Source of the DNA: Ginglymostoma cirratum
Taxonomy: Eukaryota
Direction of reading: 5' to 3'
DNA: 64,000 nucleotides
Assembly (NCBI GenBank): GCA_024137785.1
Contig: JAHRHZ010000099.1
Span: 4,156,384 to 4,220,383 of the forward strand
In this document: in pieces, positions 47,291 to 60,312 of the stretch
How positions within the stretch are numbered: the stretch's first letter is position 1
How the letters are laid out: the number at the start of each line of letters is the position of its first letter
Position numbers and translations under genes: made by a program
Notes under the pieces: model-generated
Database searches by the model: none
What the model saw: the letters and a program-made list of their open reading frames with translations, nothing else
Told to the model about the DNA's origin: nothing

Positions 47291-49476
47291 TACACAATGA
47301 TCGCTGAACGTAATTCCCACTGATTAGTTGTAGATATTTTCTCACTAGAGCTTTATATATATATTTTATATAAAAATAATATATCTTAGCTGACCTTTTC
47401 AGTTGAAATACAGCAATCACTAATTTTGCAATTATCTTGACTAGCCTTGACACGGAAATTAAACTCCCTGACACATTTTATCTTCTAGAATCAGTGCTTT
47501 CCATAGGATTTACCTCCTGACTTCAACCATCATTAAGGATAGTTGCAAGATCAGATGTACTTTAGACTTAAAGTATCAATAAAATTTATTGAACAAATGA
47601 GCAAGTGCATAAATAACAATGTGTATTTTTACAAAGGATGCAGTAGGACCTTGAAAGGTAAATAATAAAAGATTGCAATTCATATCCCGAATTACTTTTT
47701 TTTTATTAACTTGTGAGATAAATCGGGCCTATTATTCCTCTCTACTGAAGAAACTGAATTCACCTTTGATAGTTTTAAAATGTTCTCTTATTCATTTCCA
47801 TTCATTCCAACTTGTGTTTTTTCTCCATCTGTCGTGGGTTTGAATAAAACCAAAATAACTGACTGTCACGATGCATAACTGAATTAATCTCAAGCCTGTG
47901 TTTTTGTGAATGTGGTGGCACTTGTGTGCTTCCCTGAAACCCACAATGTAAGAATAATTTATAAAATGTATTTGTATCTGTTTAGGTGGGTGACGTGAAT
48001 TTTATTTAGGGCTTACTTTTAACTGTACTGTGACTGGAGTTAAAGAGACAGCCCTTCAACTAAAGCTAGAAAAATTACTTCTTTTTATGTCACGTTGCAT
48101 CCAAGTATTTTGCAGTTGCTTTCAAGTTCCTGCTGCACCTTTCTTCATCCCTGCATAAAATAGAAGTGCAAAAGTGTAAACGTATGATTTAGTGAAGCTT
48201 GAGCATTTCTGTGCTGTATATTGATCAGCTTGAATTTAGTCTGGCTTTTACCACTAGAATTAGAAATACATAGTGACTGGTCAGCGTTGGGTTGGATATT
48301 TGTGGTACAGTGATTAATTTCATTTACAGCCTTATGAGGGTATGCAGTCTTTTTAGCTTCCTAAAGTCTGTTTTTTATTGCGGTATTGATGTTTGATTGC
48401 TAGATGGAATAAAACTGGGAGACATTTTTGGAGCTGGGGAAGAATGACTTCAGTGGGTTTTTTTTTTCTATCTTTTGGTTGTCTGTTTCTTGCTAGATTG
48501 AGTGGCTGGATCGGTCGGGCAGGTAGATCTTGGAAACTAGACTGCAGCTGTAAACAGAAAGAATGACGTGAGACTCCTGGGGTAGGACTAGAGAGATTTG
48601 GGGAGAAGATTATTAGAAGGCTTGGAAGGGTTGGGAGGAGAGAGAATCTTGGAAGCCATTCTTGGGAGGGTGGGAGAGTGTAGAGATGTGGAGGCTAGGT
48701 AATGTTAGGGAAATCGTACTTTGTTAAAGTCATTTTTATTCCCCAAAAATGACATACTTTCATAAGTAGACCCATACAAGAATTCACTTCAAGCTCTTCA
48801 CTTGCAGCAAGAATGTCCACCTTAATACTGACCAATCACTATTCAGTTCCATCTTTAATTATTAAAATTCAAGCTGCCCATTTCTTCATTGATATTTATT
48901 GCATATTTAAACTTCTATTTCACATGTTGATGACAATGGCATATAGCAAGTTCAGAAAGCAAGGTTCAAGTATTGTGTGTGTTTGGGAAGCAGGAGAGGG
49001 GTTGAAATTCTCCCTCATGAATCACTTGAGTTTACAGCTCTCTCTACTGTGGTCGGGCTATATGCATATAGCTTTGAAGAGGATGTTTCGTGTGGTAAGG
49101 GAACAGTTTAAGGGATTTTGATAGGATTTTCAAGCTTTGAAGTGTGAATATTTTGAGTGCTCAGATTCTGACACTCTTTGTGGTCTGGTGGCAATTTGCA
49201 TTCAATAAAAAGGAAAGGAAGTGTAACAGGTCACAATTAATTATTTCCTCAATGGACTCTGACTGTAATTGTAACTTAGGATGAGGTGGAAGGTTGGGAC
49301 AATGTTTGAGTTAAGTATTAACAATAAAGATGCTTTTTCAATAAAATGATCTCGAACCCAGATTTTATTTGAATAGACTTAGATGCTTAAATACGACACA
49401 GGCGAATGTTTTAAATATTGCGCGCGTACAGTTGAAAGATTGCAATGTATATGGGATTGTGTTGTCTCTGCAATAG

Positions 49477-49674
49477 GTTATTTCAGATCTGGAGGAACAG
49501 TTAAACCAATTGAGCCAGGAAAATGCTGAGCTGAACAACCAGAATTACTACCTGACCAAGCAGCTGGAAGAGTTGTCTTGTGTTGGAGATGAACGAGCCC
49601 AGCTCCGGCTGGAAATGGGCAGGATGCGCCAGGAGCTGTCCGACCAAGAGCTCCAGCTCAGTAACCAAAAACAG
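49477..49674 (+). CDS. CIT: CIT exon (66 aa, [30 protein letters not shown]...QLSNQKQ), phase 0/0
   Basis: caatag acceptor, gttagt donor; matches [30 protein letters not shown]. Confidence 0.95.
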
Positions 49675-49927
49675 GTTAGTACACACCTGTTGATTAATTT
49701 ACCTCTATGTGCTTTTCAATGTTCTATCTTTTTATCAGGCCTACTGATATAACCTTTTTAAAAATATTACTATAAATATTGATACAATGTTAATATAATT
49801 CACACATATATAATATCAACTATTATTAATTTAACATGTCTGCGTTGTACCACCAGAGTCTGAGTTTTTGTGCTTGGGTATTTGGGACAGCTTGGTATTG
49901 ACTTAAAGATTAGAAAAACTTCAGGTT

Positions 49928-51846
49928 TGTCAATTCTGATCCAAGCCAGTCACCTGAAACAGAAACTGAAATATTTTTTTGGGTATTGTTTATTAACTAG
50001 CAGTTTTACAACTCCTTTTTTCTACCAGTCACACTAGTTTCTCTGTCAAATCTACCCAGTCAATTAATTAATCACTTTGACCCTAATCATCTGCTTAACC
50101 ACTTGCAGCATTAATAGATTTTCCATATTTCTCTTCAAATAAAAACTTAGGGCTCTTATGGTGCAGTGGCAGTGTCCCTACCCCTGGATCTGGAGGCCCA
50201 GGTTCATGTCTCACCTGCTCCAGAGGTGTGCAATAATATGTGTCAACAAGTTGATTAGAAAAAAAAGGTCAGATAAACACTTGGGGCCCTCTTGTGGTAC
50301 AGTGGTAATGTCCATACCACCTGGTCCAGGATGCCTGGATTCAAGTCCCAACTGCTCCAGAGGTGTGTAATAACATTTCTCATTAGATTAATTAGAAAAA
50401 AAGTCACATAAAAGCTTTGAATGCAATGTGTTACATGTTTAGTGTACTCATCATCCCTTAGTCCCACGTCTGTTAGTAAGATTTTTAACCTGTGAGCAGA
50501 TGGGGAAACTGCTGATGTAGTTTGAAAATAATTAGACTTTTATCCTTTCAAATCCTATTTCTGGCTAGTAATAACACCTGCCTAATGTTTTAATTAGGGA
50601 AGTTAGGTCTTGTTAATGGATTGTATAAACTGTAAATCCACTGACAAGAACAATAATGTAGTTGTATTCCGTGTCCAGTTTCATTTGAATGTTTTTCATG
50701 ATTGAGCTAAAGCTTCTTGTAACTAGAATAATTCCGTCTGCTTGATCAGTACCACCACCTTCTCCTTCTAAATCTTTTGCATGATGCCTAATTTTAAGCA
50801 AATTATTACATGCTCCCTTTCAGACAATTTATTATCTAATGGTATTTTAAATCCGATCTAAAATCCCTGTTGATCATACCCTAGGCATTTTTGAGTTCAT
50901 TCTTCTGGTTTAATTCCCAACTCCTGTTGTCTATTATTATTGCCAAAGGAATCTCTATCCTCACTCTTTGTATTGACCCTTTTCGCCTATATCTGGTTGA
51001 TCTCATTACCATTACCATTGAAACCTCCACTCTTTGAGTTATTGCCAAATTTGATCCACGAAGGCTGCTAGGAGTGAATGATTCATCGGGAAGTCTTTTT
51101 TAAGCCTTCTGAAATTTGTTCCAGGAATATTTATTTTTGAAAATACAACTCTTGTTAATTTTAGGAATTTATCCACACAAGACCTTGGAATAGCCCAACA
51201 ATTTAAAGCCAAGCCTTGAATTGGGCATCTTCAAGTAGAATTTTTGCAGTTCTGCATCTAGTCTGTTAAACTACGTTCTTCTGTAGAATATTCATCTACT
51301 TTCTAAATTTGCCAAAGTCTGACCATGCCTCATATATATTTAATGGGTCATCTTTCTTCTACATGTTGCGATTAGTTTTTATTCAATTTCCAAACATTTG
51401 TGTTGAATGGTGTCTGTAGCTGTGACTATACTTTCTAGTGGGAAGTGACAGTGCCAAGCCCTTACCTTCCCTTTTTTCTTGTTTAAGAAAGTAACCACTC
51501 ATTTTTCCATTGAATCATGAGATTCAATTTCACAAATTGTTAATGGAAGACACAACCTGACATTTTGCAGTTGGCTTTAGCCATTTTGCTCTAAAGTAAC
51601 TTCAATTCTTCAAACTCTTAGTTTCCAATCTTCACCTTTAGGCAACCATCCTTTGCTATCAATATCAATTGGGATCCAAGCCAGCAGTGAGACAGAAACC
51701 ACAGCATCTTTCTTTGTTAACTGTTAAGTCACGCAGCTCTTTCTAGCTATCCATCCCTCCTCCTCCTCCTCACTTAATATCTACCCAGTCAATAAAGTAA
51801 TCAATTAACCCCAATTATCTGTTTTAACTTAGTCACCATATTTACA
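49928..51846 (-). mobile_element. Internally deleted, decayed Ty1/Copia LTR element (GalEa-like)
   Basis: Direct repeats ~49928-50116 and ~51663-51846; PBS at 51644-51661 matches initiator tRNA-Met 16/18; - strand QWKNE..GLALSLP..KKDDPLNIYEAWSDFGKFRK..FNRL..FKLL, decayed zinc knuckle (RMN..N..GMINR.FR.D.KYH...NC), protease-like IVLVSGFT. Confidence 0.72.
50150..50400 (+). mobile_element. Two tandem copies of the short tRNA-derived SINE inside the Copia relic
   Basis: Copies at ~50150-50262 and 50283-50400 with A box tggtgcagtgg and B box gttca.gtc. Confidence 0.85.
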
Positions 51847-52138
51847 GGGATAACCAATTTCAGTCAATGTCCGTTAGTCTGGTAACGTATTGAGGTACTG
51901 TGGACAGTCTAAACATAAACTAGCACTGAGAAATCAGAATTAAAAGAACGGTGTATATTTTAGTAAACGCTGCTGTGAACATATATGGGAGAAAAAAATG
52001 TATACACTAGGTGAAAATTCAGTTTAGCTTCTCGAGTGCTGGAAGAAACCTTGGTATTTTCTACTCCATTATATCTGATACATTCCTTAGTTGTGTAGAC
52101 TTTTTAATGATTCCTCTTCTAATCCATTTCTCTCTCAG

Positions 52139-52332
52139 ACAATCGAGACACTGAAGACAACCTGCTCAATGCTGGAGGAGCAGGTGATGGATCTGGAGAC
52201 ATTGAATGATGAGCTTCTTGAGAAAGAACGGCAATGGGAAACCTGGAAAGCTGAATTTGAAGAAGAAAAAACACAACTTGAGCGACGCATCCAAGAAATG
52301 AAGAAACTACTGGATATTGAAAAGCAGAACAG
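52139..52332 (+). CDS. CIT: CIT exon ([34 protein letters not shown]...DIEKQN+AG), phase 0/2
   Basis: tctctctcag acceptor, gtactg donor; [28 protein letters not shown] conserved. Confidence 0.96.
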
Positions 52333-53249
52333 GTACTGTCATGTAGGAGGAAATTCTGCATAATGGAAGCGTACTGTACAGTGGAGCATTAAATGTATAT
52401 AGATGCTGAAGTAGGTAACATTATGTAAATATGTTATTAGTGTACTAGGTGATTAGGACTATACAGATGAGATGTGTGGAAGGTCATTTGCTACCAGAGC
52501 TATGTAGCCTGAAGTGTAAAAGCTGTCTCGGGCTAGGGTCTGTTGTTTTCGTTTGATTGTCCTCTTAGGGAGGAGGTGGAAATTGGAATTCGTGGCTGAA
52601 CAATGGTACCAGACAGCAAACTTAGTTCTGTGAGTTGTGTTTGTGTATTCTTCACAGAGCTCAGGCCAGCTGTCGCTTTTACCTATTAAAGGTTTTGAAA
52701 AGTCCAGGGTTTTTTCCAGTGTTTTAAATATTGGGGATTTTTGCTTGATCCTACATATGGATAGTGAAGCAGGAAGAAATTCTGTTTCCCTGATGGAGCA
52801 TCACAAATACAATGTGAATTGTCAAAGCCATTTCGTTCAGCACACAGACTGCAAAAGTAGTCATTTAAATTCATCATTTTCAATCCAAATTCTGTTTGCA
52901 CTGATATAAATAGACTGTCATGGCCAGTCGTGATTCATGTATGAATCTCAGCTGTGAGTTATCCAGTCCCCTATTGTGCAGAAAAGTCACGGTTGTCATG
53001 ATGGCCATTACTGATTATAAGAAATGTTCTAATGCAGCTTTTGGAACTGAAAGCTAAATTATTAAAACCTATTTATCTTCCTGGACAATTTCTTATTTAA
53101 ACAATTGAATGTTTTATTTAAAAAGGAACAACTTTCTTGATGACTGAGTTTAATGTTTTAATATATGTAATTTTAATATATAATTGGAATGGATGTACAT
53201 ACATATGGTATCTTTGCGCTTGCATTGCTTAAACATGGATATTTTTAAA

Positions 53250-54400
53250 AATTAGTTCATGGGACGTGGGCATTGCTCACAAAACCAGCATTTGTTTTCC
53301 ATTACTAAATGCCCTTGATTTGAGTGGCTTACTAGGATATTTCAGATGGTACTTAAGAGACACATTGCTGTGGGTGTAGAGCCACATGTATTCCATACCA
53401 GGTGAGAATAGCACATTTCCTTCTCTGAAGGACATTAGTAAACCAGATATGACTTAACAACGTTTTAACAAATGTATTCGTGGGTTTGGGCATTGCTGAT
53501 TCAGCCAGCATTTGTGCCCATCCCTACTTGCCCTTGGGATGGTGGTGGTGAGCTGCTGCCTTGAACTACTGCTGTCCATTTGATGTTGATCCACTCCCAT
53601 TGCTGTTAGGGAGGCTGTTCAAGTATTTCAACCCAGCAACACTGGAGGAACGGTGATATATTCCAAGTCAGGATAATAAGTAGCTTGGTGGAGAACTTGC
53701 AATTGGTGGTGTTCCCGTGTATCTGAAACCTTAATGGCAGTGGTCATAGGTATGGAAAATGCTTGTCTAAGGAGTCTTAGTAAATTTGTGTTGTTGATGG
53801 TAAACACTGCCGTTACTTACCCTTTGTGATGGAGGGAATCGATGCTTGATGATGTGGAGGCAGAACAAGCGGATACTTCATCATGGAAGATGTCAAACTT
53901 CTTGTGTTGTTGGAGCTGCACTCATCAGACGAATGTATCATCATGCTCCTGACTTCTGTCTTGTAGGTGGTGGACATGCTTTAAGAAATCAGAGAAAATC
54001 CCTAGATGCTGACCTGTTCCTGTAGCCACAAAATTTATGTGACTAGTCTTGTTCAATTTTGGTCAATACTAACCCCCAGGATGTTATTGGGAGATCCAAT
54101 AACAGCGAGGCCATTACGTTTCATGGGAGGTAATTAGATTTTTCTTATTGGAGATTATCATTGCCTGGCACTTGAGTGGTGTGAATGTTAATAGCCATTT
54201 GTCAGCTGGCAATTGACAGTAGTTGCACAGCCTCTGCAGCTGAGACTAGATTCAATTCCAGATTTTCCTACCTGTTTCAGAGGTGTGCGATAACATCTCT
54301 GAAAAGGTTGCTTAGAAAAGTTAGATTTGAATTGATATCCTAAAATTATTTGCCTGGCTCTTTGGATTCCTAGTCTAGTGATAATCTCACTGGACACCTT
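53250..54400 (-). mobile_element. Nested SINE + second-family LINE fragment (53475-54190) + short tRNA SINE (54213-54320, +)
   Basis: Homology to 40715-41052, 22870-23650 and 24168-24284. Confidence 0.65.
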
Positions 54401-55026
54401 CTCCGTGTAAGTAAGATCAAGTTAAGTTAAATTTTCTGTTGTAACTAGACTCCTGTAAAATGCAGTAATTCCAAAATGTTCCTTGTAGTGATTGTACCAA
54501 TGTCAGCCAGCTGGACATTATAGAATATGAGTTCATTAATTGGGGCTGTTAATCTGGTCTAATCAAGGAGTCCTGGCTGACAGATTAAAAAGAGGAGGTC
54601 AGAGATTCTGACAATCTGGGTGCTGACTCTGTTGAAGCTTTGCTAGAGTCAACGACTTTCCACGTGTAAATATACGGTGTCTTAGTGACGACAGAATACT
54701 GGCTATGTGGAGCTGTTTCAGTGGCGACGAGAGTAAAGCACTTTCCTGAAGAAAGTCACTCACAACAGTCATCTTTGAGTTGGTAGAAGAATTTCTTGCA
54801 TTTTGCAGTTATTTGGGAAACTTGACTTGTTTGACCTTGCCATCAAAGACTGGGCCCAGTATGTTGAAAGAATGCATCATTATTTCTAGGCAAACAACAT
54901 TGGGGCAGATGAAAAGCAACAAGTAATTCTCCTGACAGCCGTGGACCTGCAGCTTTTTCTGTTATTAGGAGCCTACCATTTCCTCAGGCACCAGATACTG
55001 AAACCTTTGAAGAATTGACAAATTTA

Positions 55027-55230
55027 TAGAATCATAGAATCCCTACAGTGTGGAAGCAGGCCATTCTGCCCATCAAGTCTACATCAATCCTCCAAAGAGC
55101 ATCTCACCCAGACCCAGCCCCCTAAAATATCTCTGTAACCACGCATATAATATGGCTAATCCACCTATGTTGCACACCCCTAGACACTATGGACAATTTT
55201 AGCATGGTCGATCAACCTAACCACATCCTT
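55027..55230 (-). mobile_element. 5'-truncated HE1-like SINE inserted in the Gypsy gag
   Basis: 6-bp TSD aattta at 55021-55026 and 55231-55236; (atagaatc) tail. Confidence 0.85.
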
Positions 55231-58172
55231 AATTTAGTTATGGAATATAACAAACCCAAGCCTCCTTTAATTCTGAGACACTATCATTTTTACTTGGCAA
55301 TTTAAGAAACCAGGAGAAATCAGTGTCAGGATTTTTGACTAGGTTAAGATGACTGTCCGAGGCATATGACTTCGATTTATTCCTTAATGAGATGGTTAGA
55401 GACCAGTTGGCATGTGGGATTAATGATGTAACTATGCAAAAGCTTCTGCTAGCTGAAGCCCAACTGGACTTTAAGCAGGCACTAAAACTGGCTTTGTTAT
55501 GGGAAAATACAGCAAATGGAGCACATGAGCTGCAGGGTATTCTGATGGAAGTGGACACCCTCACCAGTCCGACTGAGCTTGAGGTACACCACTAGAGTGA
55601 AGGCAATTGCATTGCTTCACTCGGGACGTAGACTGAACAGAGGGACTTTAGGTCAGCCCGCAGCAAAACTCCAAAACAAAGCCAAACCTTGACCAAAGGA
55701 TTCAAATTTTCTTCGGCATCTGAAGCAGCAGGGAACCTTCATAGATTAAGGGTACGATTTCTGTTCTGATCTCTTGCGAAAAGAAACTGGCTCAGTTCCC
55801 AATGCTTGTAGTAAAAGGTTCAGGCTCAAACTTGATAGGGTGAAATTGGTTGAGAGAGATTCAACTTAACTGGCTCAACATTTTCCTATTAGAAAATGGC
55901 TCCCTTAATGAATCCTAACTAAATGTCCTGGAAGACTTTCGGGAAGTCTGGGGTCTGTCAAAAGAGCCAAGGCCACCTTGCATGTTGACCAGGAAACAAT
56001 TCCACTATTCTGCAAAGCCTGCCTAGTGCAATTAGTGCCAGGAATCAGAAGGCTAGAAAGTGAAAGAATCATCAAACCATCCAGTTTGCGGAATGGGTAG
56101 CACCAGTCATACTGATTTTGAAGCAGACGGGTTGATTCACCTTTGTGGGGATTTTAAGCAAGCGGTAAACTGTTTTTTGCAGCTGGATAATTATTCAATC
56201 CCTTGGATAGAGGATTTATACACAAAGCTGACAGGAGGGCTATCCTTCACAGAACTGGACATAAGCCACGCTTATTTGCAAATGCGTTTAGATGAGGATT
56301 CCTAGAAGTATGCTACAATTAATATGCATCAGAGTTTGTACCAATATACAAGACTGCCGTTTGAGGTATTGTCAACCTGTGCAATTTTTCAGTGGATGAT
56401 GGAGAACATTTTGCAAGGTCTACCTCACGTCGCCATTTATTTAGATGATGTGCTAATAACTGGGAAGACTAATAGGGCGCACTTGGAGAACTTGGACATA
56501 GGTAGACACCCACTTCAGAAAAAGGTCTAAGGACAAAGAAGGGAGAAATGCATGTTCTAGGCACCCCAAGTGACCTACTTGGGCTACAGAATCGACAAGA
56601 CCAGGTTACACCTGTTGGAAGACAAAGTGAAGATGATCAAAATGCCCCGCCTCCCATGTCTCTCCAGGAGTTTAGGTCATTACTTGGCCTGGTAAATTAT
56701 TATAGAAAGTTCATACATAACCTGCCTCTACCCTTTGGCATTTGCATCAACCCCAAAAAAAGGGTCAGCCTTGGAAATGGTCACGTAGCCAAACCAAAGC
56801 TTTCAGTGCAGTGAAGAAATAGCAATCATCCTCTGAAGTGTTAGCACACGACAATCCCAAGCGAGATCTCGTATTGACATGCGATGCCACCCTGTACAGC
56901 ATCAGTTGGTATTAGTTCATGATTGTCTATACATCCAGGACCTTTGGCTAATGCAGAGCATAAATACATCCAGATCGAGAGAGGATTGGCGGTCATATTT
57001 GAAGTCAGGAAGTTCTACTAATACCTTTTATGGATGAAAATTGGTGATAATAACAGATCACAAACACCTATGAGGTATGCTTAGAGGACAAGGCAGTGCT
57101 GCCCATAGCTTCAGGCCAGATTCAGCGGTAGGGTCTAATATTAAGTGTGTATAATTACAAGTTGGAACACTGACTAGGAGGCCAAGTAGCAAATGCAGAT
57201 ACATTAAGCCACCTCCCATTGGCAGGTACACCACCAGTCGTACCACCAATGGAAGAGTCTGTAATGGTTTTAAATTTTCTGGGCACACTTCCAGTCACAG
57301 CTGCCAATATCAGACTTTAGATGCAGATAGATTCGGTCCTGTCAAAACTGAAAGAGGTAGAGGTGTTGGGAAACCAAAGGACCATCACAACCAGAATTGA
57401 AACCTTTTCTGGATCTGGAGAGACCAGATCACAATAGAGGATGGCATATTGCTATGGGGAGCAAGAGTGATTGTCCTGAGCAAAGGTTGCCACTGGCTGA
57501 ACTCCGCCAGGGTCATCCAGGGGTCTCCAAAATGGAGATGTTATGTCTTATGGCCAGCCTTAGATGCAGGCCTGGTGGGCAGTGCCCAGAGTACCAACAA
57601 GGACAAAAATTACCATCAGCAGCTCCCCCACATCCATAGGAATGAGTGGGTAAACCTTAAACTCTGTTGCACGTTCACTGTGCAGGTCCTTTCGTGGATC
57701 AATGTTCTTCTTCATCGTAAATGTCCATTCAGTGGTTAGACTTGCATAAGAGTCCATTTGTCAAACACAGGGATGACCATTGTAAAACTACATGTATTCA
57801 GAAAGGTGCATGGGCTCCCCGAAGTGTTGTCACAGATAACAGGTCTTTATTTACCAACAGGGAATTTGAGTATTTCCTCAGGTTGAATTGGGTTTGACAT
57901 AGAAGGACAGCTCCATACCATGCATCATCCAATGGTCTGGCAGAAAGAGCAGTCCAAACTTTGAAGGCAGACTTGATGAAACAACCTACAGCTTCACTAA
58001 ATATCAAATTGTCCCGGTTCCTATAGGAGCCATCCCACGTATAACCTAAGTGATAGCACTACCAAAGTTGCTAATGGGAAAAGACTCTGCACCAGGTTAA
58101 ATCTGACATTCCCAGGTGCTAGTGTCAGAGAGACTGATGACTATAGAGCATGAAGTTTGCTGCAGGAATCAT

Positions 58173-58304
58173 GATTTCTGATGAAGAGTCTAGGCCCGAA
58201 ACGTCAAGTTTTCCTGCTCCTATGATGCTGCTTGACCTGCTGTGTTCATCCAGCCCAATGCTTGTTATCTCGGATTCTCGAGCATCTGCAGTACCTATTA
58301 TCTC
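58173..58304 (+). mobile_element. Single PLE terminus with intact minimal hammerhead core, inserted in the Gypsy element
   Basis: CTGATGA-A-GAGTC-TA-GGCCC-GAAA-CGTC at 58178-58205, followed by the family body ttcctgctcctatgatgctgc. Confidence 0.85.
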
Positions 58305-59389
58305 TGATGGAAATGGCCCTGTTTGGTTAAGAGACATGGTTGACATGAGGTCAGGACCAGTGACGTACAAATTTTGGATCGGCGCAATAGTTCTGAATAA
58401 GCACATGGACCATATGAAAGCCACGAACTGGCAAACAGATAGGGAGAAAAATGTGCTCTGCCCCTTGGAACAGTTGGAAAGGATGCTGGAACCCGTGGGC
58501 TTACATTCTCCATCAAGCGTTGATAAAACTTTTGAATCAGAGATGGATGTAACGGATGTAACCGATGTAACTGCATCGATGCCTTTGCCAGCAGAGGAAG
58601 AGAGTGAATTTCTACCAAGGTGCTCATGGTGCAAGAGGTTCATTTCTGTGTATTACATGCTGCCCGTATCAGACACCAAGTCGGAGGAACGTGACCTGGT
58701 GCTAAAATATCCCAAAAGATTCTCCAAGGAAAAGGACCGGCCTATGTCCTCGGTCTTGGAGGGGGAGGATGCAGTGATTGTAATGGGAACAACCAGCTGG
58801 ACCTCATAGAATATGAGTTCCTTGATTGAGGCTGTTAACCTGGTCCAATCAGGCAGCCCTGACTGACAGATATAAACAGGAGTGCCAGAGGTTCTGACAA
58901 TCTGGATGCTGATTCTGATGAGGCTGTACCAGATTCGAGGACTTTCCATGTGTAAATAAAGGGTGATTTGGTGACAGTATACAAGCCTCTGTGGAGCTAT
59001 TTCACTCCTATTGTTTTTCGAGCTTGATGTCTTCTAGTAATTTGTTATTATATTTCAATTGTTGTGCCACATTTGCTAGGTGCCCAAAGAAAAGTTTTCT
59101 AGATATTTTGGGATCGTCATGCACAGAAGTCTACTGGATGGAGAATAAACTATTACTATGATATCTGAATCAACTCTGAAGAGACTACATGTGTTACCAC
59201 CAATATATAAACTCTGAGGCCAGCTATGTCACCTAACCTTTCAAGATCATTAATTCTCCCAGTTCATTTCTGAGGGTGTTTATTCTGTGCAGCCTTCTCA
59301 ATACAAGGGTATCGATCTGGTGAATTTGTGAAAATAAGTAGCTGTTGTCTTGTGGTCTTTGTTGGTTTACCCTCTTTTTAATTCCACAG

Positions 59390-59525
59390 AATGCGTGCAG
59401 ACCAACGTGGCAATGAGTCCCGGCAAGCCGTAGAACTGGCTGTGAAGGAACATAAGGCCGAGATCCTAACCTTACAACATTCCTTGAAAGAGCAGAAATT
59501 GAAGGCAGAAAGCCTTTCTGATACG
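59390..59525 (+). CDS. CIT: CIT exon (A+[45 protein letters not shown]), phase 2/0
   Basis: attccacag acceptor, gttagt donor; [24 protein letters not shown] conserved. Confidence 0.96.
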
Positions 59526-60214
59526 GTTAGTTTTGGCTGAAAACTTAGATCAGTGTTCATTTCCAAATTTTGATGGGATTTTAGTTTTCATGGTAGTGTA
59601 ATGCATTTGTTAAGGTCTAATTCCAAGTCAAAGTATACATAACCTACTTAGATAAACAAGTAAATTTGACTGGTGGATTACATGGTGCTTATTAGATGGT
59701 ATCAAAAATCAGAAAATTAATCTCTTGTCAGCAATGATGCCCATGATGTGCATTCTTTCTACTTTGTGGTATATGTTTGGCAGAGTTTCAGTAGGAGACT
59801 TTGCCCAAACAGTTGGCTTTTCAATTGACACATTGCTTATTGTGGTTTGTTTCGTAGTCTTGACACTACAGCAGAATGAAATTGTGGAAGTATTTATTAT
59901 CTTGTAGAAAATGTATATAATGGTAGAATAAATTGTTTCTTTGAAAAAAGAGAAATCTAGGGCTAAGGTCACTTTCACATTACAGGTTGAAAAGTAGAGG
60001 AAAGGTATTTGGTAATTGAGGAAGTGGTCAAGTGACAATAAGCTTGGACAGTTGAAAGTGTGTGGTTGGAAGAAGGGCAGACAGAAGTAAACACCTCCTA
60101 CTGTTTTGAAGATGTGAAGAGTACGTGAGGAATCTTTTAAACGTAAAGAAAGAAAAACCAATATATGGGATAATGTATTGACAGCTTAAAAGCAGCACCA
60201 ATGTAGATAATTTC

Positions 60215-60312
60215 AATCCACCTGTTCAGCATGTTGTGACACACCTCTGAAACAGATGGAACTTGAACATAGGTCCTGTGGCCAAGAGATAGGGACACTA
60301 CCACTGTGTCAC
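60215..60312 (-). mobile_element. Short tRNA-derived SINE
   Basis: acttgaac..agggacactaccactgtgtcacaa is the reverse complement of the family head. Confidence 0.75.

Larger units (their letters stand above)
54484..59004 (+). mobile_element. Full-length decayed Gypsy (Ty3) LTR retrotransposon
   Basis: LTRs 54484-54720 and 58770-59004 (TG...CA); PBS tggcgacgag 54722-54731 (tRNA-Ser GCT); PPT ggagggggagga; TSD ttcct/ctcct; gag DWAQYVERM and RDQLACGI; RT CGDFK..ELDISHAYLQ..YLDDVLITG; integrase APYHASSNGLAERAVQTLK. Confidence 0.95.

Noticed and set aside
49478-49486. Alternative acceptor ttatttcag 10 nt inside the exon
   Set aside because: Its use would shift the frame; the upstream AG restores the conserved VI.DLEEQ.
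58150-58809. 219-aa ORF
   Set aside because: It is a chimeric read-through of a PLE repeat, the Gypsy integrase tail and the 3' LTR; not a coherent gene.
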